Of a DNA stretch of 64,000 bases, positions 48,697 through 57,832 are shown piece after piece (position 1 is the stretch's first letter; every line of letters starts with the position of its first letter). A program made the position numbers and the translations under genes. The DNA lies in NCBI GenBank assembly GCA_965208835.1, contig OZ242358.1, forward strand, positions 480,001 through 544,000. The letters run 5' to 3'. The stretch comes from Candidatus Latescibacterota bacterium (GTDB taxonomy: Bacteria > Latescibacterota > UBA2968 > GCA-2709665). The notes under the pieces are model-generated. The model was given only the letters and a program-made list of their open reading frames with translations, did no database searches and had not been told where the DNA came from.

Positions 48697-48710
48697 CAGG
48701 AGTCCATTTT

Positions 48711-50867
48711 ATGTTCCATCACGACGAATTCCCCGATAAACTCGTTCATATCTCCGATGCCTCGTTCTTCGAAGCCCTTGACCCCGGCCGTCACGGACTT
48801 GAAGAGGTCCGGAACGATGCGGATTCGAGACGCTACGATGAGGCATTCGGCGCGTGGTGGCGGCATTTTCTCTCCCGGAGCCATCCGGTTAACCCCTTTG
48901 CGCGTTCGGATGAGCAACTCAGGTCCAGGGTTGTGGCCAACCGCGATCTGGCCGACACAATCGTCAAGGGGGGGCGGCGGCAGTTCGGACAGGTCGAAAT
49001 CGACTTCGCCGGTCCGGTCGCGTTCAACGCCTGGTTCGGCGACCAGTCCAAATACGGCTTCCATTACCTCGGCTGGATGGATTGCCTGACCAGGGCCGCC
49101 CTGGACACGCGGGATGAGCGGTACATCGCAGCCTACCTCGAAATCTTCCGGCAGTGGTACGCCGCCAGACACGAAATCAGAGGCGCTCGCCGGATGCATC
49201 CGGTCTTCTACGAACTGGGTCTCTCCGTAAGAAGCCACAGGTTCGTGAACTTCCTATCCGCCGTGAAACTTCTGGAAATGGGACACCTGCTCTCCCCGGA
49301 CCACATCCGCCAGCTATTCAAGTCGTTCCTGGGTGCGGCCCGGTGGCTGACGCTAGAACAGAACGCCACGGGATACCGCGAGGGCAACTGGCAGGTGCAC
49401 GGCATCTCGGGCATGATCCTGATCGGGTTCCTTCTGCCCGAATTCCGCGAGTCCGGCGACTTCCGTGCCGTCGGCGCGCACTACCTCGAGCAACATATGG
49501 AGAAGGACTACCACGCGGACGGCGGTCACAGCGAGCGCTGCTATTCGTACGGAAGCGGATGCCTGCGCCACCTGGAAGAAGCCACCCTTCTGGCAGAAGC
49601 GAACCCGGACCTTCAGCCGCCGGCGACGCTCGATTGGCGGGAGCGCACCTCGAATGCCTACGCCTGGTTCCTCAAGATGGCGGGTCCCGGAGGCGAGATG
49701 CCCGGCATCAACGACGGCAGCTTTCTGGACGGGACGGGACTCCTGAAACAGGCGTGTGACTTCACAGGAGACGGGACGTATCTCTGGCCCGTCCGCCACA
49801 AGCTGGACGCAATTGTCCCGGAGCCGGCGAAACCCGGTTTCGAGAGCCTTCGCCTGGAAACCAGCGAGTTCTGCGTGATGCGCTCGGGCTGGGAACCTGA
49901 AGACGCGTTCATGCTCATCAACCACGGGCAGTGGCCCGGCGGCCACAGCCACATGGGCATTCTGGACATCAATCTCTACGCCTTCGGTGTGCCCCTGGCC
50001 GCCGAAGTCTCCCGCTTCGGTCCCTACGACGCCCCGTGGGATATGTACTTTCGCTCCGAACAGGCGCACAACCACGTCGTCATCGAAGGAGCACCGTCAG
50101 CCCGTCCTGATATCCGCGGCGAGCAGATTCAATTCGGCAGCACCGCATCCTGCGACTTCTTCTCCGGCCGGCACCGCGCGTACGAAGCCAGTGCAGGAGT
50201 CATTATCGAACGCCGGATCCTGTTCTTCAAACCGTGGGGCTTCCTCGTCTCCGATGCCGTCGGGTGCTCGCATCGCCGGAGAAGCGCGCTGTGGTACCTG
50301 CACAGCGTCTTTCCATTCGTCAAGCACGATACTGTGGCCGCGGCCGAAGGTGACCGCAGGGGCCTCCTCGTTGCCCCCGCGAATACCAGGCAGCTCAAAT
50401 ACGCATTCAGCGGGATCGATTACCTGGAGGAAATGGTCAGGGAAATCCCCGTATACTCCGGTCACCCGCCAGCCGCCCAGTGGCCGGACCGGTATTTCAT
50501 CGCGCTGCGAGGCTGGGGGGTTGAGGAGCCTGTCGTCCCGTTCGACGTCCTCCTGCTGCCGTATCGGGGCGCTCGTCCCGATGCGAGCGTGACGACGCTC
50601 GAGTGTCGGATTGACGGCCGCGCCGAATCCCCGGTTCTGCCCCGCGCGCTCGAAATTACCGCGGAAGACCATCGCTTTCTCGTGATTCACGGCGCTCCGG
50701 GTATCTCCGTGGCCGCCAATGACATTTCCTTTTCGGGACACACCGCCGCCATCGAATACACGAACGACCGTCCGTCGAAAGCCCTGGTTCAGCGCGGCAG
50801 CCACCTGACCGTAGACGGGCGGAACATCGCCGTCTCCAACCAACCGACACAGGAAATCGAACTCTGA
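48711..50867 (+). CDS. Heparinase II/III-like protein
   Basis: NW, DGGHSER...Y, MRSGW, GHSH and AHN motifs. Start taken at ATG 48711, after AGGAG. Confidence 0.8.
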   Translation: MFHHDEFPDKLVHISDASFFEALDPGRHGLEEVRNDADSRRYDEAFGAWWRHFLSRSHPVNPFARSDEQLRSRVVANRDLADTIVKGGRRQFGQVEIDFAGPVAFNAWFGDQSKYGFHYLGWMDCLTRAALDTRDERYIAAYLEIFRQWYAARHEIRGARRMHPVFYELGLSVRSHRFVNFLSAVKLLEMGHLLSPDHIRQLFKSFLGAARWLTLEQNATGYREGNWQVHGISGMILIGFLLPEFRESGDFRAVGAHYLEQHMEKDYHADGGHSERCYSYGSGCLRHLEEATLLAEANPDLQPPATLDWRERTSNAYAWFLKMAGPGGEMPGINDGSFLDGTGLLKQACDFTGDGTYLWPVRHKLDAIVPEPAKPGFESLRLETSEFCVMRSGWEPEDAFMLINHGQWPGGHSHMGILDINLYAFGVPLAAEVSRFGPYDAPWDMYFRSEQAHNHVVIEGAPSARPDIRGEQIQFGSTASCDFFSGRHRAYEASAGVIIERRILFFKPWGFLVSDAVGCSHRRRSALWYLHSVFPFVKHDTVAAAEGDRRGLLVAPANTRQLKYAFSGIDYLEEMVREIPVYSGHPPAAQWPDRYFIALRGWGVEEPVVPFDVLLLPYRGARPDASVTTLECRIDGRAESPVLPRALEITAEDHRFLVIHGAPGISVAANDISFSGHTAAIEYTNDRPSKALVQRGSHLTVDGRNIAVSNQPTQEIEL

Positions 50868-50884
50868 CTCGGGTCAGATCTACC

Positions 50885-51022
50885 CCCTAAAGGCGGTGAG
50901 ACGTAAGACGTAAGCCGGTAGAAGATATCTTTGCCCGATGTTTATTCCTTCTTGCCTCCGGCACGAAATGATTCCTCACGAGGCAGGTGATCTCTCCCCT
51001 CTCCCGTCTTCCGTCTCCCCGC
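50885..51022 (+). repeat. Heptamer-flanked hairpin element, copy 3
   Basis: CCTAAAGGCGGTGAGACGTAAGACGTAAG...CTTGCCTCCGGCACGA...GATCTCTCCCCTCTCCCGTCTTCCGTCT. Confidence 0.75.
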
Positions 51023-51141
51023 ATTGAAGGAACACGCCGTAGGCAGGGAATTTGGGGAGAAGTGATTCTGATTTGGGTTTTCGCCTTTGACTGATGACTG
51101 ACGTCTGACCGCTGACAGCTCTATCTTGTAAGGACCACCAG

Positions 51142-52725
51142 ATGCCGCAACCACGAATGATGTTCTACCACGACGGACGCCATCCCCTCATCTATATGTA
51201 CGAGCCCCCCATGCAAAAGGAGGAATTCGAAGCCGGCGTGGATGAACTGGCGGGCACGCCCGTGGACGCCATCATGTTCTGTCTGGGCGACGGCCGCACC
51301 TTCCTTCACGACACGAAAGTCGGCGAGATCTGGGGCCATAACGTGAATGATTGGCCCCACCTCATCTTCGACAGGGCAAACCGGAACGCCATGCGGCTCA
51401 TCCGGGAAGGCCACGATCCCCTGCGCCTCATCTGCGACCGGGCCCACGAAAAGGACCTGCTCTTCTACCCCACCCTTCTGGTGCAGCAGGGCCGCGGAGG
51501 CCGCGACGAGGACGTCCGGTGCTCCGACTTCCGGTTTGAAAATACCCACCTGGAAATCGGCGCACGGGGAGACCTCGACCCGGAGTTTCCCGGGCTGACC
51601 TGCCTCGACTTCACGCACTCCGAGGTCAGGGAAGAACGGTTCGCCATTGTCGAGGAAACGCTGAACGTCTATCCGGTCGACGGCTTCGAGTTGCAACTCA
51701 ACTACACGCCGTATTATTTCCACCCTGACGCGGTCGAAGATGGCAGTAAGGTCATGACTGAATGGATCGCCCGGATCCATCGCGCCGTCAGGAACAGCGG
51801 CCGCGAGCGCGAACTCGCCGTACGGATTCCGGCCAGTATCGAGGGGTGCCTGCAGGTGGGGTTGGACGTTCGGGAATGGCTGCGGCTGGGAATCGTCGAC
51901 GTCCTGATCGGGCAGACATTCTCTACCCCTGAACTGCTCGACTCGACGGTCGACTTCGGCGGGCTCGTTGACGCGGCCGAAGGCACCGGGTGCCGGGTCC
52001 ACGCCGCGCTGGACAGCCACGTGGACTCCGACCGCCTGGCCGAAGCCACCATCGAAATGATCCGGGGAGCGGCCTGCAACTACTGGGCGCAGGGGGTTGA
52101 CGGCCTCTACATGGCCCACTGGTTTGGCAACTGGCCCTACCAGGCGTCATTCTATGAGAAGCTGCGGGAACTGCCCCACGCGGACGTGATGGCCCCGAAG
52201 GACAAGCACTACTACGTTCCCACCGAGACCGGGCGGTACCCCAGGCCCGTCACCGAACCCGGCGTTGCCATGGGCCTCCCCGCGGCGCTGACCCCGGAAG
52301 AACCGGCCCGCGTTTCAATCAGGGTCAGTGATGACCTCCCCCGCTGGGATGAAACCGGACGGGTGCACGACATTCTGCTTCGCGTGCGGATTATGAATGC
52401 CACGGAACGGGACCGGTTTCGTTTCCGCTTGAACGGCAAGGAACTTCCGGACGCGCAATTGCGCAGGATCAACGAGATGTACCGCATGAGCGCCCCGCGA
52501 TACCGGACCGGCTGCGGATACTGGTTCGTATTCCGGCCGGACCGCGCAAACTGGCCGCGCCAGGGCCGGAACGAACTGGAGGTCGGCCTGCTCGAACGGG
52601 ACCCGGACGTCACACCGGACGTCTACGTCCGCGACCTGGAGCTGGAGATCAGGTACCTCATGGGGAGGAGCTTTCACCGGATGGACGATCCGGATCTGGG
52701 AAAGTCCGAACCTACCGGGGAGTAA
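51142..52725 (+). CDS. GHL10/DUF187-like glycoside-hydrolase-fold protein
   Basis: G.DPL, LDFTHSEVRE and YPVDGFELQ motifs; paralogous to the two nearby genes. Confidence 0.65.
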   Translation: MPQPRMMFYHDGRHPLIYMYEPPMQKEEFEAGVDELAGTPVDAIMFCLGDGRTFLHDTKVGEIWGHNVNDWPHLIFDRANRNAMRLIREGHDPLRLICDRAHEKDLLFYPTLLVQQGRGGRDEDVRCSDFRFENTHLEIGARGDLDPEFPGLTCLDFTHSEVREERFAIVEETLNVYPVDGFELQLNYTPYYFHPDAVEDGSKVMTEWIARIHRAVRNSGRERELAVRIPASIEGCLQVGLDVREWLRLGIVDVLIGQTFSTPELLDSTVDFGGLVDAAEGTGCRVHAALDSHVDSDRLAEATIEMIRGAACNYWAQGVDGLYMAHWFGNWPYQASFYEKLRELPHADVMAPKDKHYYVPTETGRYPRPVTEPGVAMGLPAALTPEEPARVSIRVSDDLPRWDETGRVHDILLRVRIMNATERDRFRFRLNGKELPDAQLRRINEMYRMSAPRYRTGCGYWFVFRPDRANWPRQGRNELEVGLLERDPDVTPDVYVRDLELEIRYLMGRSFHRMDDPDLGKSEPTGE

Positions 52726-52770
52726 TCGCACCGGGAGAGACATCACCTGGCCTGAGGGGATACGTTCACG

Positions 52771-54231
52771 ATGAGAAAACAACGCACGATCTACTTCAAC
52801 GACGCCCGCCACTACTATCTCTTCGTCTTCGAACCGCCGATGCGGCTGGAAGACGCCCGGGTGCCCGTGGACGAAGTCGCCGGCACGGCAGTGGACACCT
52901 TCGTCTATGGCGTCTCCCGTGCCGACGGTCTCTTCTATCCCTCTAGGATCGGCCTGATGTTCGGTGACGATCTTCGACCGTTCCAGCATGTCCACGAGTG
53001 GCGCGCCTGGGAGAATATGCAGAGTCTCATCGCGCGCGGCCTCGACCCGCTGACCGTCCTGGTCGACCGCGCCCACGAGAAGGGAATGGACTTCATCGCC
53101 AGCCTGCGGATGGGCGCCTACGGCGGCATGGCCGCGGAACACGCGCTCCACACCGGAGGGCGGGGTTTCGTGCACCCTGAAGTGCGCGACCATCAAAGGG
53201 CGATACTGGAAGAACTCGCCACGAGGTACGCCGTCGAAGGCGTGGAACTGGACTTCGCGGCCTCTCCCGGCGGAAGTCCCTTCTGGCTGAGGGAGGAAGA
53301 CGTGTCGGAATACACCCCGGTGATGACGGAGTTTGTAAGAGAGACCGCCGAAATCGTCCGGAATCGTCCGGGAGCCCCTGCCCTGATCGGCGCGCGAGTC
53401 TACCCCACCGAAGAGTTGAACCTGAAGACCGGGCTGGACGTGCGGACCTGGGTTCGGGAAGGGTTGGTCGACTTCGTGGTCCCGATGCTCTATGTCGACT
53501 TCGTACTGGATGCCAATATGCCTGTTGACTGGCTCGTGGATGCAGCCCACGAAAGCGATATCTCCGTCTACGGCATGCTTCAGCCTTACCGCAGCGACGA
53601 GAGCCGTCGGTTCGATACGGCGGGCAACGCGACCACCTCCATGATGCGGGCGGCCGCCGCGAATTTCCTGGAACTGGACGTCGACGGCCTGTACACCTGG
53701 TTTCTTCCCTGGCCCGTTGACGAGTCCGGCCGTAGCCTCCTCACGCAACTGGGCGATGCGGACCTCATACGGGAAGCCGACAAACACTATTTCCTGCGCC
53801 GCCGGTGCGACGCGGCATCCGAATACGACTACGGCGCCTTTCTCCCGCTTGAGATTGCCTCAGCCGACCCGGGGAGAGTTCATCAGATCCCTTTCTCCAT
53901 CGCCGACGAACCAGAAAATGACCGCATACGGCACATTGGCCTCAGAATCGGTGTGAGCAATCTCGTCTCGGCGGACAGACTCGAGATCCGGCTGAACGGC
54001 GCCCGTCTGGACAGCGGGTCATGTCGTCGCTCACCGATCCGGTCCCGGGATCCGTACGCGGGACAGCTGCTGGAATTCGATCTGGAAGACGTGCGACCCC
54101 GGAAGGGCCGCAATGTACTCGAAATATCCTTGCACGAAAGGCCTCCCGGATTCGAAGGAGGGATCGTGGTCGAAGACGTGGATATCTTCGTCGAATACGG
54201 GACGTTTCCGACACCCAACCTGGATTCGTAA
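52771..54231 (+). CDS. GHL10/DUF187-like glycoside-hydrolase-fold protein
   Basis: YFNDARH, GLDPL, FVHPEVR and VEGVELDF motifs. Confidence 0.65.
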   Translation: MRKQRTIYFNDARHYYLFVFEPPMRLEDARVPVDEVAGTAVDTFVYGVSRADGLFYPSRIGLMFGDDLRPFQHVHEWRAWENMQSLIARGLDPLTVLVDRAHEKGMDFIASLRMGAYGGMAAEHALHTGGRGFVHPEVRDHQRAILEELATRYAVEGVELDFAASPGGSPFWLREEDVSEYTPVMTEFVRETAEIVRNRPGAPALIGARVYPTEELNLKTGLDVRTWVREGLVDFVVPMLYVDFVLDANMPVDWLVDAAHESDISVYGMLQPYRSDESRRFDTAGNATTSMMRAAAANFLELDVDGLYTWFLPWPVDESGRSLLTQLGDADLIREADKHYFLRRRCDAASEYDYGAFLPLEIASADPGRVHQIPFSIADEPENDRIRHIGLRIGVSNLVSADRLEIRLNGARLDSGSCRRSPIRSRDPYAGQLLEFDLEDVRPRKGRNVLEISLHERPPGFEGGIVVEDVDIFVEYGTFPTPNLDS

Positions 54232-54246
54232 GTTTTCGCGGAAGTA

Positions 54247-54409
54247 AATTCGAATATGTGCCAGTTAATAAAGGCGATTAGAAGGCGGATTACCAGGATA
54301 CACCAGGTCATTGGACGTCAACGGAAAAAATGCCCTTCCGGATGACGATTACGCCCCGTTTGGGAAGGACTTATCACGACGCCCCGTCGCTGTTTTTTTC
54401 GAATTGGGG
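54247..54409. repeat. Dispersed 163-bp non-coding repeat, copy B
   Basis: Ungapped match to 9110-9272 at a constant offset of 45137. Confidence 0.85.
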
Positions 54410-54516
54410 CTAATCAGGGGTCGATCGAATTGCCCGAGGGGAGGTGACGTGGCGCTCAGGCTGCTTCCAATCCTGGCTTCTACCCCGGATATCGCGGCAA
54501 GGGAACGGATCGCCCG

Positions 54517-55101
54517 TCAATCATCCACAAGCAGCCCACCGGCCCGCAGCACCCGCCAGAAGGCGTAGTCCGCGGCGTTTACGATTGTATTCTCGAGGCT
54601 CCGCACCACCAGTTCTCCTTCCCCCGAATGCCCGCCGGCGATATGCGCCACGGTTTCCGGAAGCCCCACGCTCAGGCATATGTGAACGCCGTAGGCCGGA
54701 TGCCTTATTGAAGGGTATCCGGCGGCGCCCGGCGCCCGCTTCCAGCGCGCCTGGTTCCTTGGATCGAATTCCCAGGGCTTGCCGACGTCGTGACAAAGGG
54801 CGCCGGCAACGAGAATGTCCCGGTCAACCTTCAGATCCGGAAACATCGACACCAGTTCATCGGCCATTCCCATTGCCAGGCGGGTCACGCCGCGGATGTG
54901 GTCGGTCTGCGTCCCTTTCCTGAGGGGCGGCGTATCCGGATTCCCTGATGGCCGGATATCGGCGATCGCCTCGAAGCTACTGTTCGCAAGCGCCGTCGCC
55001 CACGCCTCGATGACCTTGTCCCGCAGTGCGGCGTCGACGATTTCTCCGGCCTCCGGCAACTCGGCGCGGACCCTTTCGCGCAACGAATCGGTAACGGCCA
55101 T
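54517..55101 (-). CDS. HD-domain metal-dependent phosphohydrolase
   Basis: DH...GALCHDVGK...RH...H...AD motifs. Confidence 0.85.
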   Translation of the reverse strand: MAVTDSLRERVRAELPEAGEIVDAALRDKVIEAWATALANSSFEAIADIRPSGNPDTPPLRKGTQTDHIRGVTRLAMGMADELVSMFPDLKVDRDILVAGALCHDVGKPWEFDPRNQARWKRAPGAAGYPSIRHPAYGVHICLSVGLPETVAHIAGGHSGEGELVVRSLENTIVNAADYAFWRVLRAGGLLVDD

Positions 55102-55157
55102 TGTATCTCCCTTCAGTCAGAAATTCTTATGCCCGTGCACTGCGGTTTTACAGGGCG

Positions 55158-56741
55158 TCAATAGCGAATGACCACTTCCACGTCCGTAAGGACGAGGTCG
55201 CACGCGATTTGCGGATTCCGTTCCACCAGTCCGACCTCGACGGTATGCCTCCCCTGGGCGATGTCGTCAGGTCGCAGTGGAAAGCAGAGCCATGCCGCGC
55301 GGCTCACGTCGGAAATACGGCGGATGCCGGGCGGAGTCTGGAAGGCCCCGCCCGGAGGATTGGTGTTGTCCATAACGCAGTAACTGAATTCGGGTGCTTC
55401 CATTTCACGCCCGTCCCAGCATACCCGTACGCGATCGCCAACCACCCAATGGTCCAGGCGGACACGGAGTTCGATGTGGTCCGGTCTGTCCTTTTCGAAG
55501 TCGTCGGCAATATCGAGGGTGATGGCCGGCATTTCGCCCGTCATCGTCTTCTTGAGGGCAACCGGCACCTCGCCCAGGATCCGGTCGATGCGGTAGGCGC
55601 CGCGCCAGGGTCCTTCCTTCTGGATAAACCGATGGGTGGCCGCGTAGATCTTGTCCGTGCGGCGGAGCGTTTCGGGCGAGGCGATCTGCGAGAGCAATTC
55701 CCGCTTCATGTCCCGGTTGGCGTGCCAGTTGAACACGTAAATTCCGTCGGCGCCGGCGCGATGGTAGCGGGAGGCAATCGCCCGGGTGCGCATCCGATCC
55801 TTGATTTCAAGCGCTTCCGGGCCCACGAACGGGTCCGGCAATCCGCTGTCGAATCCCGCGTAGACGGCGATCCCCCTGTCCCGGCACATCTCCACAAACG
55901 CGGCCACCTCCAGGGACGCGTCGGTTACGGCGCCTCCTCCCAGAATCAGGATGTCCACCAGCCCCTCTTCGATCCACACCGGAATATCGTAGCCGATGCG
56001 GCGGCACATCTCCTCCGAGCCCGCCACGCGCGCCGCCAGATAGAACGGCCGGCCGCGCCGCTTTGCGACGTCGTTCGTCAACTGCCGGACCCGGCGCTGG
56101 AGGTCGGTAAGCACGTATCGCAGCCGGTATGCCTCGTCTTCGGGAAGGTGGAACGCATGCCGCTGCCAGTCCAGTTCCACGCCGTCCCAGTCGTACCGCG
56201 TTACGACCTCCTCGATATGGGTATACCGGTGCTCGCGGACTTCGGGGACCGCCATATTCCACGAAAGCGCGAACCACTCAGACGTCCGGTCGCCCAGCAC
56301 CCACTCCGGGTGTTCCACCCGCATTCTGGTCAACTCACTGTGGTGGAGCCCCGGGAGGTCTTCCAGCTGCGCTCCGTCGAAATGGTTGTCGTTCATGCGC
56401 ACCGATGCGTAGACGGCCAGGCCCAGGGCGCGGCCGTGTTCGATCAGCGAGACATGCGGGTCCTCGCCGCGCTCGAGCATCAGTCGGATGTTTTCGGTGT
56501 GGGTATACGCCGAGACGTTCTCGTACCGGCGTCCGTGGACGTCCCCCAGCATTTCAAGCGCGGAATCCGGCCAGCGGGCGGCGTGCTCGCCGATGCACCA
56601 GAACAACGCCCCCACCTGCGTATCCTCGATCGGCGCGCAGGTCTTCTCGAGAAACGCGTTCATTGACTGAGGCACCTCGGAATAACCGTGCGGCGCCCCG
56701 TCCCAGTTGTAGATGATCCCGTAGTCAAAGGGTCCGGACAT
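55158..56741 (-). CDS. GHL10/DUF187-like glycoside-hydrolase-fold protein
   Basis: IYNWDG, SVRMND.H, PEVRE, DGVELDW and ADGIYVFN motifs. Confidence 0.7.
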   Translation of the reverse strand: MSGPFDYGIIYNWDGAPHGYSEVPQSMNAFLEKTCAPIEDTQVGALFWCIGEHAARWPDSALEMLGDVHGRRYENVSAYTHTENIRLMLERGEDPHVSLIEHGRALGLAVYASVRMNDNHFDGAQLEDLPGLHHSELTRMRVEHPEWVLGDRTSEWFALSWNMAVPEVREHRYTHIEEVVTRYDWDGVELDWQRHAFHLPEDEAYRLRYVLTDLQRRVRQLTNDVAKRRGRPFYLAARVAGSEEMCRRIGYDIPVWIEEGLVDILILGGGAVTDASLEVAAFVEMCRDRGIAVYAGFDSGLPDPFVGPEALEIKDRMRTRAIASRYHRAGADGIYVFNWHANRDMKRELLSQIASPETLRRTDKIYAATHRFIQKEGPWRGAYRIDRILGEVPVALKKTMTGEMPAITLDIADDFEKDRPDHIELRVRLDHWVVGDRVRVCWDGREMEAPEFSYCVMDNTNPPGGAFQTPPGIRRISDVSRAAWLCFPLRPDDIAQGRHTVEVGLVERNPQIACDLVLTDVEVVIRY

Positions 56742-56881
56742 GGGTTCCTCCCGTCGGCGTGATGGGCTCGTTCGAATTACTGTTTGAAATCAGCTGCTGC
56801 GAATCTATTTTACGGGCGGTTAGAGTCGATTTTCAGGAGCTTTCCACGTACATCCCGTCGGGTTTCCCGACACTGCTTCCT

Positions 56882-57661
56882 ATGAAATCCTCATTCTGCA
56901 CCAACGCATTCGGCAACGACCAGGCCGATCAGGAAAAAGCCATCCCCTACCTGGCTGAACTGGGTTATGACGGCATCGAGCTCTGGCAGCAGTACCTCTG
57001 CAACGCGGACCTGGGTTGGGTCCGCTCGATCGCAGACGGACACGATCTCGAGATCGTGCAGATCTGCCCCTACTTCGATTTCACCACCAGCCAGGACACC
57101 TGGGACCAAAGCATCCGGGATGCCGAAACCTTTATCGAATACGCGGTCGAGCTCGACTGTCCCTTAATCCGCACCTACACCGGCAACGTGGGGAGCGCGG
57201 ACGCCACCGTCGCGCAATGGGACGCCTGCGTCCGGGGCCTGCGGAGAATCTGCGAAATGGGCGCCGCGTACAATATCGTCTTCCCGCTGGAAACGCACCA
57301 GGTCATTCACCATGGCCCCAACCTGACGGATACCAGCCCGAGTACGCTGAAGCTGCTCGACGACGTCGGTATGGAAAACCTTACGGTCAATCTGCAGACG
57401 CCTCTCGTCGGCGAAACCGTCTTCCAAACCGTCGACCAACTCGGAAAACACGTTGTGCACCTGCACGCCCACAACTGGGTGGGCAACTGGCCAAAACTCA
57501 CGTTTCTGGACGCCGGCGACGTGGATTTCACAGCGTTCATCCGGCGTCTGCAACACAAGGGCTTCGACGGCTATATATCGATCGAACACGGCAGCCATCA
57601 TCCGCCGTACGAGACGGCCGCACATGAAATCGCATACCTGAAGCAACTCATCGATGGATAA
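56882..57661 (+). CDS. Sugar phosphate isomerase/epimerase (TIM barrel)
   Basis: GYDGIELW, LETH, HLHAHN and FDGYISIEH motifs. Confidence 0.85.
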   Translation: MKSSFCTNAFGNDQADQEKAIPYLAELGYDGIELWQQYLCNADLGWVRSIADGHDLEIVQICPYFDFTTSQDTWDQSIRDAETFIEYAVELDCPLIRTYTGNVGSADATVAQWDACVRGLRRICEMGAAYNIVFPLETHQVIHHGPNLTDTSPSTLKLLDDVGMENLTVNLQTPLVGETVFQTVDQLGKHVVHLHAHNWVGNWPKLTFLDAGDVDFTAFIRRLQHKGFDGYISIEHGSHHPPYETAAHEIAYLKQLIDG

Positions 57662-57832
57662 CAGGGTGGGCACAGGGCAGCGAATTGGCTCCGAAACGCG
57701 GGCATTTCGACAAGCTCAATGAACGCGTTTCGGTCGCGCTTGAAATGACCGGCCAACCGATCATCATGCCGGCAGGTCTCCCGAATATGCAGTACGAAAC
57801 AGATAAGGTCGAATCGACGATCGGAGTTCGCC

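Noticed and set aside
47760-48710. N-terminal 317 aa of the 1035-aa ORF
   Set aside because: It overlaps the acetamidase gene in another frame and is Arg-rich shadow sequence. The real start is ATG 48711, which has an RBS.
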